From assembly GCA_026023565.1 (NCBI GenBank), contig JAPETS010000016.1:372001-436000 (forward strand): a stretch of 64,000 bases of DNA. Direction: 5' to 3'. The stretch comes from Cirrosporium novae-zelandiae (lineage: Eukaryota). The notes under the pieces were generated by a model. The model did not search any database. It was not told where the DNA came from and worked only from the letters and a program-made list of their open reading frames with translations. This document shows, piece after piece, positions 38,464-51,054 of this stretch. A program made the translations under genes and the position numbers. Position 1 is the first letter of the stretch. Each line of letters opens with the position of its first letter.

Positions 38464-39007
38464 CTCAAAGATCGGAAGACGAGTTCCACTCTAGATCGCA
38501 GCTTATTATAGACTATTAGCGTTACAGATCCCCTCTGAGACTAAACTGCGGGAATAACATCTTTGGCGTTTAATTACAAAGAGTTTTAGAAGTGGACAGG
38601 AATTGCGCTTGCTATGATAGCAGCAGGTATGACCATCATCATTTGCGTTATTGGGATAGTGATGGAGATCCCAGAGCCCAAGCGCATATAATGAATATGA
38701 ATTTTCATTCAACCTTGATATTGCTTCAAAGGCCTCCCCTTAGTCCAGTAGTCCTCACTACCAATTTAAGCCATAGAAGTAAGGAATTACTTATGGTCCT
38801 TAGACCAGGTCCTATCAGGTACCGACGTATGCTAGCACTATACATGTGTTCCAACAACCCCGGCCAGCTCCCGTTATATTCCCTCCCTTTCCTCTGCAAC
38901 GCCTATACTCCATTATCGCCATACATTATCTCATCTTGTTGCACTCGACTATATATTACGACTGCAACCACAGCAGACTCCAACAGAGGTTGGTGGAAAG
39001 TAGAGGG

Positions 39008-40504
39008 CTAGAATCTGTTTGTTAGATCGAATTAGCCTAGACCTTATGCATAAAAGGGAGTGATTGATGATTAATTCTCCGGACGAAACAAGCCAAGTAT
39101 GCAGCACTACTCCGCACAAAATGAACAGGACTCACCGAATCTCATAACTCCCTCCCCTAGTCATGTATCGCACCCACTTAACGCTACTATAATTACTCTT
39201 TTCGAAAACCTTTAGATATCTTACCAGCAGCCCGCTACTTGTAAACATCAACAAACTGAAGGTCAGATTCAGCGGCGGTCGACTCCATGCTTTCTGGTTC
39301 GTCATACTCGTCAGTTGCGCCTCTGCGCTCAGTACGTATTCCGATTGCCCAGTGAAGCGGGCGATTTTCCAAACAATATTGTTATGCTCAGGTTCGTATT
39401 TGGCTTTGCCTTGAGAGGTCCGCTCGGTGATCTTCGCCGTGTTGAGGGGCGTGGGGACGCGAACCACGACGTTCGTGGCAAAAAGTTTGGAGCCGTAGTT
39501 TGCTTTGATGCCGATACTATACTCGACTTTTGTCTTGCCGACTTCGTTAACAATGGCGTGCACCTTGAATGGTAGGTTTACATTTTCCGTAGCTCGATAA
39601 CGCATCAGCTCAAACTCGCCGTCGGGAGGGATGAAGCTGATGATGCGGTCCGCATCGAACTTGCCAAGCTTCACACATTGGTGGAATTGGCAGTCTTCGA
39701 GCGTAACACTCCCGGCAGCAGCACGGGTGGCTTTGCTGCCACTGATATTTCCGCTTGGTGAGGTGATGGTGTCGGTGTCTAGGAGAAGACGGTCATTAAG
39801 CCCAAATTTGCATTCCGGCATTCCAGAAAGATACGCTCGCATTATGATCTGACCGTTGACATCTGCGCGGAGGACGGTTCCTGTAGCAGACATGAGGAGG
39901 TTGACATCCTCAATTACGTCGACGAATGCTTCGTTCTTCCGGTATTTTATGTCAGACCGGCGCCATGACATGGCACCCGTGGCTTGCATTGTTATACGGG
40001 AGGAATCTTCGAGGGTAGCACGCTCGGACTTCACACCTTCGGTAGTGATGTACATCTTCAGGGTATCGGTTTCGGTGTTTTGAGGGAAGCCAAAATCGAT
40101 GATTTCTATAGACTGTTAATGGTTGAGATGTGGAATGGGACGAGAAAACAAGGAGATATAGATATACCATCTAGAAGTTCATATACTAGCACAAAATTAT
40201 TCTTCACGGCTTCCTCGTCGAATTTGCCAAAATACCCTCGTCCTAAACCGACCAACCTGTACAGAAACTCAAACACCAGGGCAGCATTGGCATTTGTCCT
40301 CGTCACCGCGACCAAATAGATATTCTCGTGTTTAACATGGCTAAACGTTGTCGAGCCAAGCGTGAGGATGGGACTCCGAACTTGAGCATTAGAGATGACC
40401 TGGATGCGGAACGTGTCGGCGAGACGGGGACGGCAGTCATTACGGAAGGCACGAAATATTAGATTTTCACCCTTTTGGTTGAATATTAAAATACCGGAGA
40501 TCAT
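39008..40504 (-). CDS. APM4: AP-2 clathrin adaptor complex subunit mu (3 exons)
   Basis: MISGILIFNQKGENLIFRAFRNDCRPRLAD, VLVYELLDE.IDFGFPQ, SWRRSDIKYRKNEAFVDVIE, and SVKWVRYMTRGGSYEIRF*. The last exon has only 7 coding nt. Confidence 0.94.
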
Positions 40505-41372
40505 GGTCGACGAGGAATTAAGGAAGGAATATAGGGAAAAGGTATTCGGATGGGAGGTTCGAATGATCTACCAAGCATATCCCTAGGACTTTACTTTCTA
40601 GTAACAAAAGTATTCTGAGGGGCCTTTAGGTTGCTGGGGGCTGACGGGATCTGATTGGGGGGCTAATGGCGGCTTTCTGTACTTTTAATGTAGCACAACC
40701 TGGGATGAGCTAAATTCCGGTAGATAGTGACACCCTTTTGGTCTGTGCGCAGCAATTATTATGCATTTATATACTTGTCTCTTTGAATAGTAGAATCGAA
40801 AAGCAACGCTACAGTATATACACTTTAGGTAGGTTTTGGGACAAAATCGGATTCTAACTTTATTTGAATACATAAGTTTGTTGACAAGATTTGATTTTGC
40901 TCCCCAGATTTCGGGGAGGCTCTTCGGTATAATGGCGACTGATGTGGCCAACTCTGAGCCTGGTCCTCTAATAAGATCCCCAGGCAATCAAGCCAAGGCA
41001 GCTTTATATGTATATGAGAAGGCGTGATGGAACACGTCAGGAAAACAATGACTGCCCTTCCAGCGGTCCTTAGGTTAACACCTTTTCAGAGACCTTTTAT
41101 CGAAACCGGGACCATCGTCACAATTTCCGAAATTGATACAATCCCCAGTTGATAGTGAGACATTATAACGTGTGTAATGGTCATAGCGACTTCATTCTAA
41201 ATAGTGTTAGAGGACCCATAACCTTTTCATGAATACATCAGTTTTTTGGGAGGAATAGCTCACTAGTGACCGTCTTGATTTTCATAAAGACATCCCCAAT
41301 GCTCCTGCCCTCTATTTCACCATATCCACCTTGTATTTCTATATCCTTACAAGCCCAATAGAGCACCCGTCT

Positions 41373-42029
41373 TCAGAATAACCACACATACCAGAATAGG
41401 AAAATGACAATGCAAAAGAACGCCAACCAGGCTTTCCATGACACACCACTTCGTTCGGCCATGCGTAACATTCTGTTCATGGTGCCTCGAAGGCGAACAC
41501 GCGTACTGTCAAATGTATCATTCATCTTTTCTGCCAAAGCTGAAGAGTCCCGTATCTCATCGCCGATAGCTACAGTGAGCTAAGATGTGACGAAACAGTA
41601 GTCAGTATAGGTAGAATGTTAAGGAGGCCAGGTGGAACTCACATCTTTGAGCATCTTGACTTTTGCGCTGATGCCCTCAATCTCTTCTTCGTTCTGACTT
41701 TCAAGTTCTGATAAAACAGCATCGCTGTATTGTCCTCTGCAACTCTAGTTAGCTGTACGAACCCAGTATATCCTACAAGATAGCTATTGCAAAGCATACT
41801 TCTTGTTTGGCGTAGCAGGTCTGTATCCATTCACCGGTGTACTTAATCCATAAGGGCTTTGTCGTCCTGGCGACTGGTTCCCCGGTCGGGTTCGATCGCC
41901 AGAGTAATTCTCGAAGAGGGATGATCGGGGATCCCGTTGATGTAAGGCGGAAGGGCCAAATCGTCTGGATCAAGGTCAGCTGCTGGGAATTACATCGAGG
42001 AAACTCGGGGAAATATACCTCGAAGCCAT
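41373..42029 (-). CDS. BET1: ER-Golgi Qc-SNARE Bet1 (4 exons, absent from the ORF track)
   Basis: Spliced MASRRFGPSALHQRDPRSSLFENY...RPATPNKKGQYSDAVLSELESQNEEEIEGISAKVKMLKDLTVAIGDEIRDS...RLRGTMNRMLRMAERSGVSWKAWLAFFCIVIFLFWYVWLF*. Confidence 0.88.
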
Positions 42030-42450
42030 ATTAAAGGTAATAAAAAGGGAATATTAATTATTAAAATGGAGAAGGGAAAAAAAATCTGTGATGGTTCCGA
42101 CTTAATAGGAGATGTTGGGAAATTATCTGGTTAACATCCTTGCGAAAGAGCTGTCATGAAGATAAGCTGGCTATTCCCCTTTGGGCGTGAAGCTCGGCCG
42201 GCTATTTTCATTGTTACCACAGCATCATCTGTCCACTTTTGCAAACTACCACAAGCCAACCCAAGTTATAAAATATTATTCGACTACATAGGCACAGTTA
42301 AGTCTAAAAGCAATTATGCATATTAACTAATACCGTCTTTGACCTAGGGTAAGTCAGTGAAGCATGTGGGCTTAGTGCTTGGAGCAGTACTTCGGAAGTA
42401 TTGTTGTATTTGTTAGGTCTCGCAATCATTTATTTTAAGGCTCCCTCATC

Positions 42451-44410
42451 CTAATTATTTTCTGTGTCGACGTCGTCCCCATTCATCGCCCTCTTGCTCC
42501 GCTCTTGCAGCCTAACTTTCTCCTGTTCCCTCGCCTCTTTAATCTTCTTCAGGCTCTGGAAGAACTTACTCCCTCCCCTCAGCCGTTCTCCATAGTAGAT
42601 GAATGCAAACGGAATAGCGCTCATTGCCAGGCTAGCAAATCCTAACAAACTACATGTCCAATTCACGCCCAGTGTCCTATACATTTGCTTCGCTCCTAGG
42701 GGAAGCAGCGAGCCGCTCATATTCCGGGTAATGCTGCTCGCGCTCTGTGCGCTCGCGGCGTAGATCTCGTACGCATCGGTGAGATAGTTTAACATAGCCA
42801 TGAGGATAAGTTGGTAGCCGAGGCCAAATGGGACACCGGAAATCATGGGGATCGCCCAGTGGGTGTGCACGGAGGCAGACCAACCCATCCAGAACATAGA
42901 GATGACAAAGAACGGACCACCAAAACAGGCGAGCGGAAGGCGTCGATACTCTTCGATTAGGGACCAAGGGGCGTGACGATATTTGGCGCGATAGAGGTAA
43001 TTATCGTAGAGGAGAAATATTGCGCAGGCCATGAAGACGCCAGGAAGCACTAGAGAGGAGTGTTAGACTAGAGTGTATATTAGGGCGAAAAAGACTCACT
43101 AGGAAGGAATAGCAGTCCAGACACACCTGCGCTCATGCCATATATGCCTAGATAGAAAAACAGGACTTAGCTTTAGTTAGCAATCTGGAGAATATGTCCT
43201 TACCTTCGAATACTATCGGATAAGACTGGAAGGATAGAAAGAAGATTGTTTGGACTAAAGCAATATATAGACATGTAAAGAGAACAATTGGTTCGTGTAG
43301 AAACATGTCAATGGGCCTCATTAACGTCATCATAAGAATCCATAGAGGGTTTGGTCCTTGGTGAGGTTTAACAGGGGTAGTACTAGAATTGCCATTAGAT
43401 TCTGTACTTTGCATTTCCTTTGCTCTTCGCTGTAGTAACACAGGTGCATATGTTTCAGGCATGGTGAACACAACCGGTAAGGTTATGCTTGCAAAAATGA
43501 GGCCAATCCAAAACGGCCACCTCCAACTGACTTCGGAGATGAACCCTGAGATGGGAGGTCCTAGAATAGGTCCGCAAGCAGTCATCTAAGAATAGTTAGC
43601 AAGCTTATAGCAACATCTTACACAACAAATCCTCACGGCATTGAATTCTGCTAGCGCCCTGCCACGTCGTCTAGGATCATTGTAAATATCAGCATATAGC
43701 CCCCCAAAGATAGCAATTGGCGCTGAAGCCCATAGACCACAAAAAAATCTAAACGCTAGAAATTCGCCCCAGGTATCAGAAACAGCACATGCAAGCATGA
43801 AAATAGCGTAGATCGTAGAAGACAATGTCATGATAATCTTTCTCCCGTAGGTCTCAGAAAGCGGTCCGCAAAACAATGGCCCAACCATGTAGCCCCAAAG
43901 GAAAGCAGAGATTGGAAGTACAAGTTCTGCTTCTGAAGTGATGTTGAATGCTTCGGATAGGTGCTCGGTGGCTCCAGTAGCCAGAGAAGTGCCTAGGGTA
44001 CTGTTCAGAGCAGTCATTATACCGGCCAGCATAACATGATATCTTTTCCACTAGATGAAAAACTTAGTATCAAACACTAGGAAATATCAAGGGTTGGAGA
44101 TATACCTACCCCTTTGAAATTAAGAGGATTCTTAGGGTCCTCTGGTTCAAAGTACGGGGCCGTTTTCAAAACAGAACCTGAAGGATACTCAGTTGTCCTC
44201 GTTCGACTGACAACATTGAGCTCGAGAGACGGAGTGTTTGAAACAGTCTGAGAATTGGCAGTTTCTATGGTTTCTATGATTCAAAATCAAGACCAGTATA
44301 ACTATAATTTTTCTGAAGCTTCTATACATACCGGCTATACTGTGTTCATCGACACTAGTTTTCTTGGTCTTTTCCTTTCCATGGAGGGAGTTCGTATCCG
44401 AATACGCCAT
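42451..44410 (-). CDS. MFS drug:H+ antiporter (DHA1 family), multi-exon
   Basis: EPEDPKNPLNF, GPLSETYGRK, FGGLYADIY, WRWPFW, PETYAPVLL, RPIDMFLHEPIV, EYRRLPLAC and NYLTDAYEIYAASA. Confidence 0.88.
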
Positions 44411-45902
44411 CTTCCAAATTAGATCTGCTATGATAACTCCAAAACATATTTTTCTGCGCTATGGGTTTCTTCCATACTTATAGCAAGCTGCTAGCTGTGC
44501 ATATCGATTGTGAAACATAACTTTTTTGCGTCAAGCTATTTAAGATAGTTCCCAAATTCCAGCAACTAATAATGAGCCCTTCTATATTCGACGTATCCTA
44601 ATCCTGGCCAAATTACTTAGTGGGTCTATGGCAAAGGTCTCTAGAAGCATTGATCAAATGTCAGGCTGAAATGAAGCAATATTGCCCCGCATTCATGCTG
44701 GTGAAGTGCACCTTTTGCAAGGTTAGCAATTAAAATATAATAATATTAGATTTTACTGAAAATGACCAGCGGGATGGAGGTTTCTCCCGACCGGGGCCGT
44801 AGCCGGGTCCGATGCGGATCCGAATATCTCCTCCCAACATGAACCTAATCCGGTAACATCAGCTTTATACATGTCTTTCCTATCGAATCGATGGCCGTTA
44901 ATGATTAATAGCGACATGTTCTAGGTTGATTTGATACCACTACCTCAAACCGCATGGTCTGGAGCGTGCCAACATCATCCTTCTTCTTGCATTTTAGACG
45001 TTGTGCAACAATCCAGCGGTGTAAACCCTCAACATCTGCATTCACATGGATATTACCGGCGCCGGTTCAGAATCCTAAAATGTGAAAAAAATATGCGAAT
45101 GATAGATATAATGTTCCATCTAAGAATTATAGGTTTAAGTATAATTTATTACGAATAAGCCAGCCAACTAGACGCCTCTATAAACCATTGACACCGTCGT
45201 CGGTTTTCCTCTTTGATTAAAAAGACCTAGGTCTTCAAAGAGGTCTAGAGAGATAATGGGATGTGTCAGCCTTCGAAGTCTAGGGAGAGTTTCGAAGCAT
45301 GGAGAGGCCTTCGAGGAGCGTGGAGGCTTGTTTAGGGATGTGAAAGTCTTTGAGGCTTTTCCCCGTCATGGCGACTTTATATAGTTACTAGTGTTACTTT
45401 TTTAGCGGTTGGTGGTTAAAATGATCCTTAAGATGGAGTGGTTGGCTGGCCGATTGCTTGTTTGGAGGTAATCGTGTTGTTGGGGAGCTCGAAACTGGCG
45501 TCTTCGGCGACATCCTCACTGCACCATAAGTTAAAATGCAGATCACTGCCACAACACCAGAACCGCCCAAAACCCCTAACAAAAAATTCTCACCATCGCC
45601 ATAGTATCTCGTAACCTGTGATTTCTCTTTCCGTGGCCTTGTTGGTAGGAGAATGTGTTATACTTGCTAATCGGGAGAGCTACCTGAAGTAGTCCGACTC
45701 ACTGGATCCGTCGAAGATGATTAGGCTGCGAAGTCCATTAGCTGTAAAACTTGGAGATTTTTTCATTTCCAGCTTCACTCTGGCGGTCATATCCCATCAT
45801 GATATTGACCTTGTAGCCAAAACCACCCTTTGCTGTTTTGCCGAGGATAACATCGAATTTTCGTGATAGGTTAAAATAGCTTTCTAACCTCTAAACGGCA
45901 CC

Positions 45903-47530
45903 TCAAGGAATATTATCTTCCTTTGTCTCTATAGTTCTGTGGATAGAAGCATGTGTCGAAGACTCTCCATCTTTAACCTCATTCAAGCTTAACGTTTCCT
46001 CCAATTTCTGCACTTTTTGGGTTTTCACAGTAGTAATGTGAATCCCCCGATCAAAGTCGCAAATTTGAGAGGTCTGCTCATTGGCCGATTTCAAAGGGTT
46101 TGAAGTTATTATAGTTGTCACTTCTGGGATATGGACGTCTTTGGGCCATGCGGGAGGATGATCTTTCTGGGCCTCCAGGCCGGCCCATGTACTGATAAAG
46201 GTTAGACTACGGTCTGTATTTACAGGTCCCTCTACCGACCCCATTCTAGACCGGGCGGCTTGAGGGGTTTGTAGAGGTGGACTTTGAAAGTTTTCGGAAT
46301 TGTATGAAATATTTCTGGAACCGGTGATGTTGTCGATCGTCGTAACCCAATGCAAAACAGCAGTAGTGAACAAAACTGTAAGTCCAACCAGGGCGGTTAA
46401 TTTGACCTGCTAATAAGAAAAGTACAAGGAATGACGAACCATCGGCATTGCAAGCCATTAGGCAAACCCAGCCTGGCTCACCGTTTAGGACTATCGACCA
46501 AATTATATTCCTATATAGCAGCCTAGTTAGCAATACTCACGACACGAGTAGATATCCTTACACGACACTAGATATCAGAGTAGCGCAGTTTCCGATGAAT
46601 GTGCGTATTGCCACTCGTCGTAGAGTTGGATTGATGGTATTTTGATATATATATATTTCTGCGGTGTAATATTAGTAAAAATCTGTGACCAAACCTCTTG
46701 TAACTACTTACTGGCCATCGGTGTAAGAAACAAGATATTGAGATACACATTAACCCCGACATCAAACACAAGCATCATGATCAGTCCTATGCGCTTCTGG
46801 CCAATAATACATGTACCTTCGTAGTTGATGAAGGCAATTCGGAGAATAAAATTCAAGGCAATAACAGCTAGGAATGGAATGATCATGCCAAAAAAATTAA
46901 AGCACCAGAGTCTGTCCTGAAGTCTTGGCTTTTGGTGTGATCGAACGACATGCGCTTTTTCAACGAGGAAAAAATATATCATCTATGACATTGGTCAGTA
47001 TCTGGGCTACGATAACACTTGCATTACCAGATTAACTATACCGTCTTTGTTCCCAAGTAGCAGGTCAAACATAAAATAATAGCAGCCTTGCAAGTCCCAG
47101 CAGAGCTATTGATATATATTCCTCTAACCAGGACCGAAGTGACAAGGATGAATAGAAGCGAGTCGATGTAGATAATAAGAATTACTATGAGTATTTAGGC
47201 ATATACTGATATATGTTAGGATTATTACCCACTCCAACATGTCAAAGGAAGGCGTGACCAGTTTCGTACCCTTGAAAGGCGGCGAGCTATTGTTTCACTC
47301 AGCATCGGTATCTAATAGAAAACCTATCATGACTTACACAATAGAATAGATAATATACCCAGGGAGGACATATTCAAGAGAGTACCTGCAACTCGACCGA
47401 GTTCGGGTACAGTAGCTGGCAGTGTACCTGGTTCAGCATGCGGCTGATCAGCATAGGATAAGGTCCTGGAGACCAGGGAAGCGGCCTGCGAAGGCAAGTC
47501 GACCATTTCCCAAGTGTGTATTGGAGGCAT
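45903..47530 (-). CDS. Fungal multi-pass (about 7 TM) integral membrane protein, GPCR-like, multi-exon
   Basis: ATG at 47530 (MPPIHTWEMV). Successive hydrophobic segments, CLTCYLGTK..YFFLVEKAHVVR, GTCIIG and EPGWVCLMACNAD, followed by a polar C-terminal tail. Confidence 0.7.
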
Positions 47531-48621
47531 GATGATGGAAGTTGTTGGTGTATCAGTGTCAGGGATAGTAAAGGGAATGCATGGACATAAGATGAACGGA
47601 TCATAAAAGCGATTGCAAGGGGAGGGTGAGGGGAGAGACAAGGGAGTATTAACTGGATTGCTAGCGGTGTAGATAGAGAGACCAAGCCGCAAGGTATAGA
47701 ATTGTGAAATGGCAACTTAAAGTCAGTCACAATAAATCGGCATGAATCCTGTACTTGTCTTTGGTCCAAGAATAGGACGTTGACAGATGTACCAACTACT
47801 AAATGGTCTGGATCGATCATTTTCATTATACCTCCCACCTCCTTCTCCACCTGAGGATCTTCAACATCGTTCAAACGCTATTTAGGAATATCTTCAGCAT
47901 GAGGGTGATGAGGCAGGGTGACTGAAACGCCAAGGACCATGGGATGAGGAAACTCTCAAGTTAACTTTTTAGAACACGAGTATCATTTATCACCATCCAA
48001 GGTACTGTGGTATCTAGGTATTAGATGTGATAGTTTTGAGCCTTGGCCGACGCAGCGTATCCCGCCTTTTAACCATTTAACCTCGTCCAACCCCCTCTAG
48101 CTGGTACTATAAAGCAGCCAACAGATACTTGTCTCTTATGGGCTCGATCATAGTCTATCCACTTCCCCATTTTGAATTGTTCACACATGGATCCGAGCTT
48201 ACCAATTGATACTTTTAGTATCAGTGCCCCAAGGTTTTATCTGCTAATCAATAGAATGTGGTAACTTACCTGAAGTATCCTGTATCCCACGACCTTAACT
48301 TGATGTACTAAGGTTGGTAATTTCTATTTCCTAAAAAGGAGAAAACTTAAATATTAATTTTTGATATCGGCCGTGCGTTTTATATTTCAAGTGTAAGACA
48401 TTCGTATTTATTGTTAGATATTTGTTACAATACTTAGGATATAGCTTTAGATAGGCTCAAATCTAGGTGTGTACTAAGTAAATTGGTGGAAATATGTTGC
48501 CTAAGGTCTAGAATCTAAGGTGCGAGCTCAGCCATCTATAGATAGTTGGTCATGTGACCTAGAAGCACATGATGTCACGTGTATGTGGCTTGGCCGCCGC
48601 AACAACATTATTGTTTTCGAT

Positions 48622-48759
48622 GGCTTTAGCAAGACATTCAAACGAAAACCAATTTTCAATAATTGATCGGTTTAAAGGCCTCCTAAAAACTGGAAAAGCA
48701 AAAATTGGGCTTAAATATTTATATGAAAACTGATTTTGTTTGAAGACCTCCCCAAGGCC
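48622..48759. repeat. Dispersed inverted-repeat element, copy D
   Basis: GGCTTTAGCAAGACATTCAAACGAAAA ... TTTTGTTTGAAGACCTCCCCAAGGCC, ending 24 bp before the HLJ1 ATG. Confidence 0.7.
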
Positions 48760-48782
48760 ACCTTTCGGAAGCTGCTGTCCCT

Positions 48783-50018
48783 ATGTCGAGTGCAAAGGCA
48801 TCTGGTGTAGATGCAAAGCCGAATGGAACGGCCAAATCGCGCGAACATAACCAAGGGAACCAGGATAGGAAATATACTCCAGAGCAGAAGTTGGAAGTGA
48901 TACGGATACGGAAATGTTCCCCTACAGCTTTCTACGAAATCCTGAATGTTGAGAAGACAACCTCGGATGGAGGCATTAAGAAGGCGTATCGGAAATTGAG
49001 TCTATTAACACATCCTGATAAGAATGGCCATGAGGGGGCAGATGAAGCATTTAAAAGTACGTTTCCGGGTATTAAACTGGGAAACTGAGCTGTTCTAGTT
49101 GCTCAGGGAGTAAACCAACTAACTTTTCTTCTTTAGTGGTGTCTCGAGCATTCCAAGTTCTATCCGATCCCGATAAGAAAGCAAAATATGACCAATTTGG
49201 AGGAGACCCAGATAGCCGGTTTGGTTCGGGATCAGCCTCGGCGTCTTCACCATTCGAAGGATTTGCAAGATCTGGGGGCGCAGGCATGAGAGGTGGACCA
49301 ATGTTTGATGAAGAAATATCACCTGAGGAACTGTTTGCAAGGTTCTTCGGCGGCGGCATGGGTGGTGGCTTCGGGCCTTTTGGTAAATCTAGACCCACCC
49401 AGCCTTATATGAGTTCCTGCTTACCTATATACTTTACTAGGTGGAGGGTTATTCGATTCGGGACCACAGTTTGTCTTTAATATGGGCGGCGGTGGCCCTG
49501 CATTCCGAGTACATCAATTTGGTGGTAATCGAGCCCGACGGCGGCCTCGAGAAGCCCACCAACGGGAGGAAGAGCAACAGCGCAGTTCTGGCGTTTCCGC
49601 ATTTGCAAATCTCCTTCCTCTTTTAATATTGTTCCTCCTCCCTCTAATATCCTCTCTATTTTCCTCGAGCTCCTCTGCACCATCTGGCCCCTCAATGCGG
49701 TTCGACGCACCTGTTCCCCCACACACAGTGCATCGGACGACACCTAAGCTCAACATAAATTACTATATTGATCCGAAGGATGTGGAAGACCTTAGTCCTC
49801 GGAAATTAAATCAGCTAGATCAGAAAGCGGAAGTGCACTTTGTGTCTAGTTTACGGTATGAATGTGATTTGGAAGTGCAAAAACGAGAGAGAATGATTCA
49901 AGATGCCCAAGGATGGTTCTTCCCAGATCAAGAGAAGATGCAGGAGGCTAGGAGTTTGGAGTTGAGGAGCTGTCGAAAGTTAGACGACCTGAAGATTGGG
50001 AGGAGAAGTAGTTATTAG
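48783..50018 (+). CDS. HLJ1: ER-membrane DnaJ co-chaperone (DNAJB12/Hlj1 type), 3 exons
   Basis: J-domain FYEILNV..IKKAYRKLSLLTHPDKN..ADEAFK.VSRAFQVLSD, a G/F-rich region, a TM segment and a DUF1977-like C-terminus. Confidence 0.88.
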
Positions 50019-50267
50019 ATGTTTTTATTATACTCACAATTGGGATATCGTTATTTTGGCCAGGGGCGTTAAGAACAGTGAAGGGAATGGACCATTAAAC
50101 ATGCGACCCTCCCATCCTCCCTTAGCCTGACTTATCTGAAGGCCCCTCTAAAGAGTAATATGAGGAACGAGCTCGCCACGCTTGATTAGGTCAAGATAGA
50201 GTAGTAAGCTTTGTGCCGACTGACTGATTCTAGCCTCGGTGATAGCAGTAACGGCTCCTGAAAAGTG

Positions 50268-50430
50268 ACCTTGGAGAGGCCTTGAAACAAATTTAGTTTA
50301 GTTTTTAATGAACATGGAATTATAACCCGATTTTACCTGAAGGTCTGCCCAAAGTCCAAAGAGCATAAGTTAATTTTGAATAAATACTAATTTCAATTAT
50401 AGCTTAGTTTGTTTGAAGACCTTCCAGAGT
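50268..50430. repeat. Dispersed inverted-repeat element, copy E
   Basis: ACCTTGGAGAGGCCTTGAAACAAA ... GAATTATAACCCGATTTTACCTGAAGG ... TTTGTTTGAAGACCTTCCAGAGT. Confidence 0.75.
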
Positions 50431-50597
50431 AATATGAGGAGCGAGCTCGTCACGTTCGCTAAGTTTAAGATACAGTACATACCTAGGTATTTAAAGCTCC
50501 CGGGAAAAAATAACAATTACTTCTTGATTGATAACCCATCAGCATCAACATCAGCGTGAAAGGCGCAAGCACAATTCTCTATTCTAACAATCCTACC

Positions 50598-51054
50598 ATG
50601 GCAGGAAAGCCTAATGTTGAAGAGGCTACGAAAACCTCGGCATTCCAATATTTAACCGCATGGGGAGGTTTGCACACTTTTGGTCCTACTCCGTTTTAGC
50701 AATTGAACTGACTAGGATGTAATAGAACACTCTGTTCCTCCCATGATAGCTGCTACACTGACCACTGCACAACACATGAAACCATTCCAGCCTCTTCCTA
50801 TGATGTTTCCGCCTGTTTTCCTATTCACATCCTACCTAAATTTAAGTGGTTACGTCACCGAAGCCGCCGGCATGAATGCAGCTTGGTCAGGTCTTTACAT
50901 CCTCTTAGCTAGTAGAAGGAAGCAACCATTCCTAAAAAAATGGGGTGCACGAGGCATAATAAGAGGTTCTACTATGGGTCTTTGTGCCGTGAATGTTGTT
51001 AGTGGGGGGTTGGTATACACCCTTGGCAGAGAAAGTAAAGAGGGGGATGAATAA
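50598..51054 (+). CDS. AIM19: Small mitochondrial membrane protein, Aim19-like (2 exons)
   Basis: MAGKPNVEEATKTSAFQYLTAWG, an intron, then EHSVPPMIAATL..FPPVFLFTSYLNLSGY.TEAAGMNAAWSGLY.LLASRR. The family assignment is from recall. Confidence 0.65.

Noticed and set aside
45394..45582. 62-aa ORF with a TM-like segment
   Set aside because: No in-frame ATG lies upstream of the hydrophobic segment, and the plausible splice I tested does not restore the frame.
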